Below, piece by piece: positions 1-44,323 of a stretch of DNA of 64,000 bases (the first letter of the stretch is position 1; each line of letters opens with the position of its first letter). The stretch is from the NCBI GenBank assembly GCA_030141605.1, contig JAQGDQ010000107.1, positions 370,265 through 434,264 of the forward strand, written 5' to 3'. The position numbers were made by a program, and so were the translations under genes. The stretch comes from Tubiluchus corallicola (Eukaryota > Animalia > Priapulida). The notes beneath the pieces were generated by a model, which worked only from the letters and a program-made list of their open reading frames with translations, did no database searches and was not told where the DNA came from.

Positions 1-62
1 ATTGATAATTCTTGGCGATATTAAAAATAGAATAATGTAAAATAACACCTGCGTTTTGTTAG

Positions 63-30486
<30,424 letters not shown>

Positions 30487-30989
30487 CATATAATCTTCAG
30501 TGAGTGTTCTCTTCGATACTTGATTGTTTGTAGCAGAAATGTTGTCTATGGGCGGTGTGCAAAAATACGAATGTTGATTTCTTCATTCTAGCCTTGCAGT
30601 ATTAAGCAGGAATTCTCATTGTAAAGCCTATGCATACATTGTGCTTTTGTAAAAACTAAACGTTGTCCTTAGTTCATAAGAAGTTTGAGTCATGCAATAA
30701 TTATTAATAATGTATCATTATTATCATAGACTTTTCTTGAATGTTATTTAAAGAAAAAAATTAACACAGCTATATTTTTGGTACCTGTTTTATACACCGC
30801 ATAAGTTGCCAACTTGGTAAATTGAAAACGCATTGGTGTAAATTTGGTACGTTTGGCCTACGTTAAGTAGTTTGTGACTCATAAATTATACTGTACTGTA
30901 TTAAAATTTAATGCAATCAAAGCTACGTATTTATGGTATGGCTATGTTAAACATTTAGGTAATTGATTGGCAGTTGATATTGGAACCTA

Positions 30990-31102
30990 CAGGGCCTATT
31001 TCAAGGGGGGGGGGAATGGGGATACTTCCCCGGGGCCTCACCCTCCAGGGGGGGGGCTCACGCCAAGGTAACTTTTTTTGCTTTATGCGAACATACTGCC
31101 TC

Positions 31103-31176
<74 letters not shown>

Positions 31177-31433
31177 CCGCACGCGCGCTGTTTGCCAGTA
31201 TTGACAAGTATTAAGGACTGGTCTTGAGAATAAAGCAGTTTTTCTTTCAATTGTTCTTTCCTTTAACAATTGTATAACTCCATATTTTCTCTTCGAAAAT
31301 GCTTCTCCGGCGTTCTAGCAGTTCAAAAATTTTCTGGGCACCAACCATGGTAGTGCCCGCCCCCGGCGCTCCCCCCAAAGGGGCCTCACACGCCCCACAT
31401 CCCCGGGCCTAGCCTAGGCTGAAATAGGCCCTG
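30990..31433. mobile_element. hAT-like MITE
   Basis: TIR CAGGGCCTATTTCA / TGAAATAGGCCCTG; degenerate 8-bp flanks GGAACCTA / ACTACCTA; internal (CT)n. Confidence 0.78.
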
Positions 31434-32074
31434 ACTACCTATACCGACAGCATGACACAGAGTAATAAATTGTTCCTCATCTATATTATAAATGAATAGA
31501 TTATCACACAGCCATCAATGTTTATAAGGCATTTTAAAAACTCTCAAAAATGGATGATCAGAATGAAAGAAAATTTGATAAAAAAACCGATTACCATGAC
31601 ATGCACTAGAATGAACAAATGAATACTGTTTTATTATTAACGATATTTTATTTGTTTTTCGCCGCACGGTAAAAGGGTGCTTCTCTTGTTCGGTTTTTGA
31701 GCACTGGTACACATGCTAATAGTAGTCACAATAATTATTTACAATTTACAAAGGATTTTCAATTATTTAATTGGTCCTGACGCAGACTTGAGAAGCCCCC
31801 ATTTTATACTACAACATTCTGCATAGATTCGACTAAGCGTGGCAGCTATCCAGCTCCAGTAGCGACTTATTTGGACTCAGCCTTACTGGTGTTACTGGTG
31901 CCATCCTACTGCCGTTGCTGCTAGTTTACTGTCATCTGGAGTCACGTAGCTCAGTTAATGCAGTTCAAAAGGCCTTTCTATCACACAAATACGGTAGTTA
32001 GCTAAGAAGGTAGCACTGAAGCAGGAATTCCTAATTACAAGCTAAAATGTACAATTAGACGCAGTCCCCACACT

Positions 32075-32920
32075 CAATTCAATTCAATTTTAATTAATTT
32101 ATCTCTTTATAATATTACAAGTTTTGAAGAATGGTTAAAATGAATAGATGGATCTAGAACTAGAGAAAGGATAGCGAAAAGACTATAAAGTCACCTAGTC
32201 TGCTATGCTTTACCAAATATAGATAAAATGATTTTTAGACACTGGTGGGCATTAATGTTATCAGTTTAATTTAGGAAACATTAATGATTTTAAAATTATG
32301 ACATTTGCTATATAATTAAGTAATCCAGAGTAAAGAAAATACGTCTACTTTAATTAGCGGGCAACAAAATAAGGCCAATCTTGATTAAACTATAAATAGC
32401 ATTTAGATTTTATGTGAAATACAGGTCAAAATTGTTATGAAATGATAAAAACACTTTGGGTTAATAATGCAATTAATCACACTGGGTCACACATCACCAG
32501 TAAGCAATCTTTTTTACAAATATGCAAATCAATATTACATTTTTATATCAAAACCAGTCTTCTTTCTTACACTCATTCCTTTCAGAACTCTAACACTATA
32601 TATTAAGTTTTAGATAGCTAGGTATTTTATTACTGAAAATCAAATTTCTTACACGAAAATTACAAAATCAACGTATGCCCGATGGTTTTATCAGCGGGCA
32701 GAACACGGGTAATGATTTCCAGATTATACTACCATTTGACCCAACATATATAGGTATATACACAGTTATACATATTTAGTTCTAAAATCCATAAAGCGGA
32801 AGAAACTATTAACTAAACATTTGTATTTATTTATTTGAAAATTTTTACCTATACGATAATCATAATGATGCAGTTATATGTCTACTAACAAAAAACCTAT
32901 ACTATTTTAGTTCAAAATCT
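32075..32920. mobile_element. LINE copy with inverted 5' segment
   Basis: 32075-32466 has the same orientation as the 8327 copy; ~32630-32920 is the reverse complement of ~8680-8975. Confidence 0.65.
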
Positions 32921-33444
32921 GTGTGATATGGGACACTTTTGTTATGACACCACTTTTTCCTACTAATTTCTGACACGTGGGTTCAGTGAATCTTTCCATT
33001 TAAGCATAGTTCACAGACATGTATACCGAATAGAAGCAAACAAAACAGTTTTTAATATTACCGATAAATTCTTGATTTAATGAGATAATAAGAACTAAAA
33101 ACAATTCACTTTAGCCCAAAAGAACAACAAAGTTGTTATAATTACAAGCGACGTTTTTAGATAACCTAAGATAATCAGAAGATTAGTTAGCCCAACCCAG
33201 GTGAGGGAGAAAGATGTAAGGTGAGTATGCTTATCAGTTGTAGCGACTGCAGTCGGACAGTGTAGTGACTGCAGCCTAAGTATGGGAGATACACAAAATC
33301 ATACTAGAATACAGTCAACTATATTAAAAGGGTTGCAATGCTGTTCGGTAGTTCTTATATTCCAGACTGACGTCTCGGACGTCACACTATGCATACAATC
33401 ATAAATAATAGAATTTCCAATTGACAATAATTCTCCGTCAAATA

Positions 33445-33855
33445 AGACATAGACATAGACATAGACAAGACATAGACAAGACATAGACATAGACATAGAC
33501 ATAGACATAGACATAGACATAGACATAGACATAGACATAGACAAGACATAGACATAGACATAGACATAGACATAGACATAGACATAGACATAGACATAGA
33601 CATAGACATAGACATAGACATAGACATAGACAAGACATAGACAAGACATAGACATAGACATAGACATAGACATAGACATAGACATAGACATAGACATAGA
33701 CATAGACATATAGGCATAGACATAGACATAGACATAGACATAGACATAGACATAGACAAGACATAGACATAGACATAGACATAGACATAGACAAGACATA
33801 GACAAGACATAGACAAGACATAGACAAGACATAGACATAGACATAGACATAGACA
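33445..33855. repeat. (GACATA)n microsatellite
   Basis: Seen directly; on the minus strand it follows AATAAAAA. Confidence 0.96.
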
Positions 33856-35489
33856 TTTTTATTTATCTCCTCATTTACACCAGAATACAAGTAGACTATT
33901 ATTGCTATAGTTATTAGTTAAAAAGGGATAAATTATGCATAAAGGAAAGAGCTAGGGGGGGGGGTAGGGTAGCGAAGGACCAATTGGTCATCAAGTCAGC
34001 TACCCTTCTCAGGTTAGTGTAAATTGTAAAAAGATTGTAGTGCTGCTAATTGAAAGGTGTAATATAATTATGAAGTAGGTTAGCAAAATCAACTGTTAAC
34101 ATAAATTTATGGGGGAAGAAATTAAACTTGAGAGCGAAATAACTAAATAGGTTATGCAACAAAGAAGCATTAAAATAAAATGAAAAATATGAAATGATGA
34201 TTAACAAAATCAAGTTGCAATGTTGCTGTAATTTACTAAGTTGTTGTTTTGAGATCTAATTTTTACTTCAAGCTCATCTAGCAGGTATATTTAAACTCTT
34301 TTCAGCACTTTTTTAGTTTATCATAAAGTCAAAAGATGGCGCTACGCGATACAAAACTTCGCGGACTGTCGAAGCCAGCTGTACGTAGTGGCGTCATGAT
34401 ATGAAGCCGGTTTCATTATTATTAAAAACATCTTTATCAGCTAGTAAAACGATATAAATGACTTCAAATTTTCAAAGGCAGTTTTACTCGTGCAGCTGAG
34501 AAGAATTTGCTGCGCGATTATTACGAACTGCGAAGTATTTAGTTTTTCTGTTCAGAGAAACCCGCAGTGTAAAAATAGCTGCTAGTGTACTACGCTTAAC
34601 ACAACCCACGCAACATCGACCACTCCTCTAATGCAAACTTTAAACAAGCAGAAAGAGGATCAGATTCTGGTACGCTAAGTGAAAAATGGGAGAAGCGATC
34701 TTGACCCGCTAATTTGAGAAAGGTGAAGATATTGTTTGCAAGGGGATTAGGGCAGTAAAAACTGATCCAGCATTAAATTACCACCTTATCTCGGCTAAAA
34801 CTTTAAAATGTATACCCTCCACGTCGTTGAGCTGAAATTCGACATTTCTGCTCTTAAATGATTACCACACGCATTCAGCGCAGTACAAACAACATCCTCC
34901 CAACATATTTTAGCAATCATTCCTTGCACACTGTCTAATGTAACACTCTCAAGTGTTGCAAATTTTTCAAAACTAACAGTGGTTGTATTAATGCTTGTTA
35001 TTCACTTAAAATATCAAATTTAAATGTACATGTATAACCACTTTTTTGAATGGTATAAAATTGGTACAACTATTTTATTTGATGTGCTAATATGACCCAC
35101 CTGTGATAAATTCTTGAAAAGAATAATGAATGGACTGTAGATTTTATTATTATTTGCTACCCCAGTTTTTGTATTAATCATTGTATTTATAGTCAATAAA
35201 CTAAACTACTACTAATGCAACAGATTATCAATGGTAACAGTAATTTCAAGACGATTATGGCAAAATCAATTAAATTTGGCTGAAAAACATAAAAATCTGC
35301 CATTCATTTTGGTTTATACTACTTACTTATTTGTTTACTTATCAGTTTCTTTATTTTTTATTTGTTTACTGGCTACACAACCTTTTACTTTGGGTACAAA
35401 AACACACAAATACTAGTGCAGAACAATTCATTACATGGAAGTATTACTGAAGCAATTGCGATTGTGTCATATCCTCAAGATTTAGTATG

Positions 35490-35870
35490 AACGTCTCGAC
35501 TGTCTGGCAAAACCTGCGATCTTGATGAGCACGATTAGGAATCTCTTGCATTAATTTTTTCCGATTTAACTGATTGGCTAGAAAATTCACAGGATGTCAA
35601 CCCCCCAAACGTGCTGGAGCTATCCCGAAAAAGTTGATGTCGCTTAGATGATACGAAGATATGCCAGTGATTAGTATTCAGGAGACAAAGTTCACAAACT
35701 TCTGCAAGACTTCTGTGAGTCACTGCTCTGATCATACCTTAAAGATTGGAGGTTGTGCGCGACACCCAATCTTCCACATTAAATTCTGAAGGTATAATAG
35801 ATTCACAATTGTTTCAGCAATACTTTATGACATCACACTATTCTTCCTAGCAAAAGGTTATATACCACCC
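35490..35870 (-). mobile_element. Highly degraded Penelope-like (GIY-YIG) remnant
   Basis: Minus-strand fragments such as AEVCELCLLNTNH loosely resemble the GIY-YIG domain; many stops. Confidence 0.3.
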
Positions 35871-36380
35871 AAAGGTATTTATTCGCTCATCTATCTTTTA
35901 TTTATTTTGCTTATTTAATATTTCATTCATTTGTTCTTCTGTTTGCCCATCTGTTTGTATATTTGTTCATTAACTACTTTATCTGTCTGGTTATTTATTA
36001 TTTACTTTGTCACTAATCAGTCCGCTTGCTGTCTGTCTTTCGCGCTACCATTTACATGTTTCTTTATTCAATTGCTCATTAATTCATTCGTTTATCAGCC
36101 TATTAGTCTTTTCGATTTATGAATATATTTTATTTTCAAAAAACTTGGAGCTTTGTCACAACATTATCTACTTAATTAAAGGAAAACTTTAAATGTATAT
36201 TTGGCATTTTGTTCCATTCACACTCGTTCATCGTTTTAGTCAACTATCCCTATTACAACGAATTTTTATTTTTATTTTGGTATTTCGTAATTACCATTTG
36301 ATATTTTTATTTACTGAATTAAAGGAAACCATTAAATGTTAATTTGCTATCTATGTGTTTCATTCACATTGGCTCTGGGT

Positions 36381-36823
36381 TGCTGAATTACTTTAGTTTA
36401 GAAGATGCTGAGTTACTTCAGTTTAAAAGGTGCTGAATTACTTCAGTTTAAAAGGTGCTGAGATGCTGAGTTACTTTAGTTTAAAAGGTGCTGAGATGCT
36501 GAGTTACTTTAGTTTAAAAGGTGCTGAGGTGCTGAGTTACTTCTGTTTAAAAGGTGCTGAGATGCTGAGTTACTTTAGCTTAAAAGGTGCTGAGATGCTG
36601 AGTTACTTTTGTTTAAAAGGTGCTGAGATGCTGAGTTACTTTAGCTTAAAAGGTGCTGAGATGCTGATTTACTTCTGTTTGAAAGGTGCTGAATTACTTC
36701 AATTTAAATGGTGCAGAGGTGCTGAGTTAATTCTGTTTAAAAGGGGCTGAATTACTTCAGTTTAAAAGGTACTGAGATGCTTAGTTACTTCAGTTTAAAA
36801 GATGCTGAGTTACTTCAGTTTAA
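36381..36823. repeat. 33/25-bp minisatellite upstream of Shal
   Basis: Unit aaaaggtgctgagatgctgagttactttagttt, ~14 units. Confidence 0.93.
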
Positions 36824-36839
36824 ATGACACGTCTCTTCT

Positions 36840-37475
36840 GCGATTGCCTATAAATATTCTCCTTGGCGAATGTAACCTGTTGTTTCTGTGAGTGACCTGT
36901 CGCATCTGCAGTGTTGGTATACGTATTCAGAAAGCTGATTGATCATTGGAAGCTAATCGATATCCTCGATGCTGCAGCACATGACAGCACTTATTCCGTA
37001 AGACACAAAGTGCGCCACCGTCACTCGACAACCTTATCCGATGAAGCCCTTGCCGCGCTGGCTGCCCGGTGACGTCACGGTTACTTTAGCAACTACCAGG
37101 TTGGATAAAGCATCGTGGTTTGCAGCAGTAGGAAGCTGTACGCGATAGTGTGACAATGCCAACGCAGGCTTTAATGTGAAGTGACAAATTAAGCATATCA
37201 TTTAATGTTAGTCTAAAAGTATGTAATGGCGGCGTCTGAAAATTGTCGCATCGTTGCCGTGACTTTATAGTGAATTGCTTGTGCCACGATGGAAGTTGGA
37301 AGGTAATACGTCAAGTGACAAATTACGAAATTTTAAACAAGAAATTTTGAAACTATCTTAATAGGCCTGCTGCCCCAGTTTCAGAAAGCTGGTACAATTT
37401 CAGTAGGCGGTTGCACCGGCACTAGCAGATCTTTTTATAGGTTGAAAAAGAGAAAGCTGGTCTCTTTTTCCAGAT
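36840..37475 (+). promoter_or_regulatory. Candidate Shal promoter / 5' UTR region
   Basis: TATAAATA at 36849, palindromic CRE GTGACGTCAC at 37069-37078, locally CpG-richer non-repeat sequence and a strong acceptor tctctttttccag at 37461-37473. The TSS cannot be determined. Confidence 0.35.
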
Positions 37476-37638
37476 ATTTGACCGGAGCAAAAAATGCACT
37501 GAATTTAAAATGTCTAACGAAGCAGACTTGGCAACTATAACGTCTCGTCTTGAGGTGGAAACAATAGTCGAACTGAGTAAACGCTGAAGTCAAGCGCATC
37601 AAGGAAGAGAAGAGAAGTCCTTTTCCGACGTCGACATC

Positions 37639-38750
37639 ATGGCTGCAGTAGCAGCCTGGCTACCCTTTGCCAGGGCAGCAGCTATCGGCTGGGTCCCAAT
37701 AGCTCAAAACCCTTTTCCAAGACAACCTGTCACCAGAGAAAATCACAGGAATGACGAGAAGGTGATTTTCAGCGTGAGTGGTCGAAAGTTCGAGACTTGG
37801 AGGAGCACCTTGGAACGTTATCCAGAAACACTTTTAGGCTCAAATGAAAAGGAATTCTTCCTTGATGAGGAATCAAAGGAATACTTTTTCGACCGTGATC
37901 CGGACATATTTCGACACGTCTTGTCATATTATCGTACAGGAAAGTTGCACTATCCACGACACGAATGTGTTCAGGCTTTTGACGACGAGCTAGCGTTCTT
38001 TGGGATCATACCTGACATCATTGGAGACTGTTGCTTTGAGGATTACAGGGACAAGAAGAGAGAAAACTCGGAGAGGCTACTCGACGACAAACTGGCCGAA
38101 CAAGCCGAAGGGCCGGTACCACAGATGACGTTTCGTGAAACAATGTGGAGGGCGTTCGAAAACCCTCAAACAAGCACGCATGCTCTTGTGTTTTATTACG
38201 TAACAGGGTTCTTCATCGCGATTTCGGTCATCGCCAATGTGGCGGACACTGTGCCATGCGGAAGGAATCCAAGGACAAGAGTGAACCAATCATGCGGCGA
38301 GAGATATCAAATTATTTTCTTTTGTGTCGACACAGCTTGTGTCATCATCTTTACGTTGGAGTATTTGCTAAGACTCTTCGCCGCTCCGGAGAGATGGAAG
38401 TTTGCCCGAAGTGTGATGAGTATTATCGACGTGGTGGCAATATTCCCTTACTACATAGGACTCTTTCTTACGGACGACAATGACGACGTCAGCGGGGCTT
38501 TCGTCACGCTGAGGGTGTTTCGCGTTTTCCGTATTTTTAAGTTTTCCAGACATTCGCAAGGTTTGCGAATTCTTGGCTATACCCTCAAGAGTTGTGCAAG
38601 TGAACTAGGCTTTTTACTATTTTCCTTAACCATGGCCATCATTATATTTGCCACCGTTATGTTTTACGCCGAGAAAAACGAATACAAGACAACGTTTACT
38701 AGCATTCCTGCGGCATTCTGGTATACCATCGTTACCATGACGACGCTAGG
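37639..38750 (+). CDS. Shal: Shal/Kv4 (KCND) voltage-gated K+ channel, first coding exon (N-terminus, T1, S1-S5, pore helix)
   Basis: Shal N-terminus [19 protein letters not shown]1 EYFFDRDP with HYPRHEC..CC zinc motif, S4 [16 protein letters not shown] and pore [15 protein letters not shown]. Donor GG|gtaagt lies in the selectivity filter as in KCND genes. No YGDMVP exon was found in the rest of the window. Confidence 0.97.
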
Positions 38751-39420
38751 GTAAGTACGAATTAAATTCAAGTTTGTTTTAATAAGTAATGACCGACGAC
38801 AGGCAAATCTTCAAGAAACTATTAAAATTCCGGCGCACAATTTTGCTAATGCACTGTTAATTTATTCAAGAACAGCTCTACATCAATCTAAATAAAGTCA
38901 GTTTTGAGACATTACCAACATTGACTAATATAAAAGCGAGCTTACTCACCAGCTAAAATAAATTAATAAAGTAATTAATTTAATTAAACAAGTAATAAAT
39001 AAATTAAAATACGCTGAAATTATGAAGTACAATGCAGTGAAATGCAGAGCAATTAAAGGCAGCTAGTAACACAAAGTGTTATGGAAAATGCGACTGACAA
39101 TTTGTTTTCAGAATGTGCACATAGCTCACTGTAACGTTACAGGTGTTTGGCTGTTTATTAACAGTTCGAAAGATCAATGCTTAATCCTATTTCTTCAGCC
39201 AGCGAAGTCTAAAAATTGATTCTTAGTGCCTTATCGCTTAGACCTGATTTCGTCTCGCGAGAAAGCAAGATATTAAAAATTATTATATTCTGTTTAAGAC
39301 TTACACTTAGATGACTGAAAAGTAAACTATTCATGGTGCGTGCTTCATGACACACGTTTTGATAAGTCTGACTTGAGCAACTGATCTTATAAGGCATCTC
39401 CACAGATCTGTTGTAATCTG

Positions 39421-39927
<507 letters not shown>

Positions 39928-40928
39928 CTTAAGCCTAAAAATTATATATCACTCTTTGAACATAAAATGTTTTAGTTTATTGTAAAATCTTTATATTTTT
40001 TACTTCCAATTGTTTTAGCATTTGAATGTATTTGTAGACTTTTTTGTTCAAACCAAGTTAAACAGAAGTTCAAATACTTCTTCGCATCACCAAATATTGG
40101 GTTAGACATTTATTTCTGGCTTCTCTTTTGCTCTCTGTAAATGTAAATTTATACCGTATTTCTGCAGTCACATCATAAGAAATCATAAAATTCTGGCGGA
40201 TTTTCACTCGCTGAATAATTATTCCAGTAAATCTGTTATACTGTCACGTTGTCGCTTCGCTCATTCGTCTGTTTTCATTCACGTGGGTAATAAGAATGAA
40301 TTTGCAAGTAAAATGATCATGGTTTGAAGAATTTCTTCCTCATATTGACGCATTGCGTTACGCTGCGTGCTTGAACAACCCTGAGACATTCGTAGGGTCT
40401 ACCATTTACTTGGAGAGAGATGTCAGACATTTTGAGATTACCTACATCGGCCACTTTCTTGCCTTCTGTCACGAATCATCATGGTAATCGTCATCGTAGC
40501 GTCATCATTCAGTTTGGGGGGGGGTCCTTCTAAGTCTAAAAAGCAAGAGAACTTAAATTTATTTTTTCGTTAAAGTGCTGAAGTTTACGACATAAAAAAT
40601 TAGATGGAGAGCTAAGCGTGCCAGCTTCTTGTTAACCAATAAAGAAAAGTGTATAGATTTTCCAAATATGGCTCATGTAAACTTGTAAAATTATAATTTA
40701 GGTGGTCAAGCTTTCAGGGCGTCCACTTTATAAAGTTCACCTTTTGGCTTAGTAGCATATTTCACCCAAAATAGCTAGCATTTGTTTTTATATACAAAAG
40801 AATTAATTTGATACAAAAGATGATCTCTAATCATCAATCTCTGATGATGCTTTGAATAATCTGTTCAATGACAAAATGCTATCCGTGTTGATAATAGGGT
40901 TGGTTGAACTTATTGACAAGCCTAATAT

Positions 40929-41212
40929 GTTGTTGTTGTTGTTGGCATCCTTCTGTCTCGGAAGACAATGGAGTCTGCGCCAAGAGAGTCAGTTATTGAT
41001 CACATTGATGGAGCTGCAGCGTCGACTGTCGATCTTTGAACGTCTCCAGGGCGCACGCCTGGGCAAGGTGTATGGAGATCCTGAGTTGCCCAGACAACAG
41101 GAACCCCCTCTCTTCCTCCCTGGTGTAGTCCAAAGGAAAGCGGAGCAATACGTTTGGCACCAGGTTGGCTGCAGGAGCTGCCGGAGTCAGTGAGTCGGTC
41201 AAGTCTAATATG
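40929..41212 (-). mobile_element. 5S/RTE SINE, 5'-truncated copy lacking the head
   Basis: Matches 23189-23481; (CAA)n tail. Confidence 0.88.
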
Positions 41213-41740
41213 ACCAACCGATAATCTCGTTGGCTAACAACAAGCAGGAACACTTCGTACGTCATAAATAAACTGGAAGGTTTGGTTATGACGAAAACCA
41301 GAAGGTTGGGCGATTCATGTCCAGACTACGAAAACACTGAATTGAAGTCGAATTTTTCACATCACGTGGTCGTGAAAGGTACGGTTTAGACCAGACGGTT
41401 TAGTCTAGTTGTAATGCGTCTGCCCCTCTCTTCCTCCCTGGTGTAGTCCAAAGGAAAGCGGAGCAATACGTTTGGCACCAGGTTGGCTGCAGGAGCTGCC
41501 GGAGTCAGTGAGTCGGTCAAGTCTAATATGACCAACCGATAATCTCGTTGGCTAACAACAAGCAGGAACACTTCGTACGTCATAAATAAACTGGAAGGTT
41601 TGGTTATGACGAAAACCAGAAGGTTGGGCGATTCATGTCCAGACTACGAAAACACTGAATTGAAGTCGAATTTTTCACATCACGTGGTCGTGAAAGGTAC
41701 GGTTTAGACCAGACGGTTTAGTCTAGTTGTAATGCGTCTG
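41105..41740. repeat. 318-bp tandem duplication
   Basis: 41105-41422 and 41423-41740 appear identical; spans part of the 5S/RTE SINE and the start of a tRNA SINE. Confidence 0.93.
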
Positions 41741-41942
41741 CTTTCCGTCTGTGAGGTCGTGAGTTCGAACCAGCGGCCGGGTCATACCAAAGATTTTAAA
41801 AATGGTACCTGCTGTTGCCCTGCTTGACGCGTGGTATTTAGGGTAAAAGTGGGGTAATAATAGTCTTTGTTATGTAGTTGTAGGTTGTTATTTACAGTCG
41901 GCGATAATAGCTCTTTGAGCTAATGTTAATTATTATTATTAC

Positions 41943-42015
<73 letters not shown>
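41707..42015 (+). mobile_element. tRNA-derived SINE copy with (ATT)n tail
   Basis: Near-identical to 2268-2490. Confidence 0.87.
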
Positions 42016-42017
<2 letters not shown>

Positions 42018-42883
42018 GGCTCGTTTCGAAAAGCAATAACCGAGGTAGAAAACCTTAACTGATTAAGAAGAGAATAACAGTGAAAATGATAAAACAGATG
42101 ATGATAATAACGAATGCGATGATGGTGATAATGATAATGATAACGATGATGATGGTAATAACCAACTCAACTATCTTTATAATGATGATGACAAGCATGT
42201 CAGCGATAATGACGATGGCGATGATGATTGTCATGATGCACATAATAAGGACGAAAGTGAAACAAAGAATAATGATGATCTATCTATAAAAATGTGTTGA
42301 ATTACACGTGCATCTGCGAACATTTACTGCAAATCTTTTTATACTAGCCTCTCGCGTGTCAAGCAGGTTCTGTGACACACTCTGTCTACGTGATAAGTAC
42401 CACAAACTGCAGCTTAATGGCAGGAATTGATCTCTCGCTGTGAGGTCAATACAATGACACGGCGACAATGAGTTTAATATCTACTGCTGTTGCATGCTTG
42501 GAAACATCACATTGTAATTAGCAAGCTCAATTCTACAATGCGGATGCTGCCACTCAAATGCATAAATTATGCAACTCTATTTTAGGGCTTGATGGCTGTA
42601 TCTTCTATACCAGAATAGAATTGTCATTGTAAGGTTTACAATTAGCCTGATGCACCTGCTGCACTTTTATAGAAATTAACAAAATTAAACGATATTCAGT
42701 GCCAATTTGACTGATTCGAAGTCATAGTGGTTGAGATTTCAACTATTGGTGGTAATTACTGTGAATATTAAACACGTAACATTTTTGATTGTCATTGGTC
42801 ATTGCTTCTCAACTTCTCCTAGGGCTTTTGAGTTAAATTCAAATTTTTTTCATAAGTATTTAGGTACTGTGTGGGGTAGATTC

Positions 42884-43290
42884 TAGGGTGTGCATTCTCT
42901 ACCAGAAAGCGAATTCGAATCGAATGGAATTTGTGACTTTCGAATTCGAAACGAACCGAATTTCAGTATTTCGAATCCGAAGCGAATTCGAATTGAGTTT
43001 GAAAGATTTTCGAACTAGTTTTCGAAGCACTAGTAAAAAGTGGTCTTGCAAAGATCATGAATATTACTTGATTTTGTTCTGCGGTAAAACCACTATTAGT
43101 TTGTTAAAAGTTGTACACAGAAACTGCAGCTAAATTTGCTAGGTGTATACTTTTCAAACATTTTAATGATAAAGAACGTGTGTGGCTGGACTGCTGAATT
43201 ATTCGAATCTATAATATCACGTTCGAGTCGAAAACGGACATTCGAATTCGATTCGAAGGTTCGAACTCGAACGTTCGATGCTCACCCTTA
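42884..43290. mobile_element. hAT-type MITE with TTCGAA subterminal repeats
   Basis: Termini TAGGGTGTGCAT / ATGCTCACCCTTA; 8-bp TSD GTAGATTC / GTAGATGC. Confidence 0.82.
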
Positions 43291-43394
43291 GTAGATGCGT
43301 ACTTGGGCTTTTAAAAAGAATTCTTTAAGGGCTGCAGTTAGGAATCAAATGCATAAGATTAAATTACTCTGTAACTATAGTACCCAGAATCACG

Positions 43395-43507
43395 AAACTT
43401 GAAGAACATCTGTGTTCTGGGGCATCGCGGCAAGGAGGGAGTCGTGGCATAGGGAGGTGAGCAGAATCATGTCCCTGGACGTGTGATTCATTGGATGATG
43501 AAGAAGA
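43395..43507 (+). mobile_element. RTE LINE extreme 3' end
   Basis: Reverse complement of ~49658-49750. Confidence 0.7.
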
Positions 43508-43904
43508 CACGTAACAACTTAATTTTAATAGTGCATTTACTGCAGCGGTCTTAAAAATTATCATTTTTTATATAATTTTAATAAACTGCTACGTATGAAT
43601 AACAGTATGAAAAACCCCAGTATGAATAACAGAACACTAAATTTAAGAAACATTAGAACATTTAATGACTCGTTTTGAATATCCGACATACGAACACGAT
43701 GATACTTACTCAAATCATAATTTCATTTTTCCTAGACCTTACTAAACTAGTTTATATTTTATTTTTAAATTTCTAGTTGCACTTATAGTTTAGCTTGCAC
43801 CAGACGCATTTGCCCATAACAGTGTATGTTTTTATATGAACTAACACTGATTGTCTGTCTTTTAATATGATGGTCAATGTTTTTAAAATGGCAAATAAAG
43901 ATTT

Positions 43905-44323
<419 letters not shown>

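Noticed and set aside
38751-38754. Premature stop truncating Kv4 at TTLG
   Set aside because: The TAA lies in the donor GTAAGT of the conserved pore-loop intron; later exons are presumably beyond the window.
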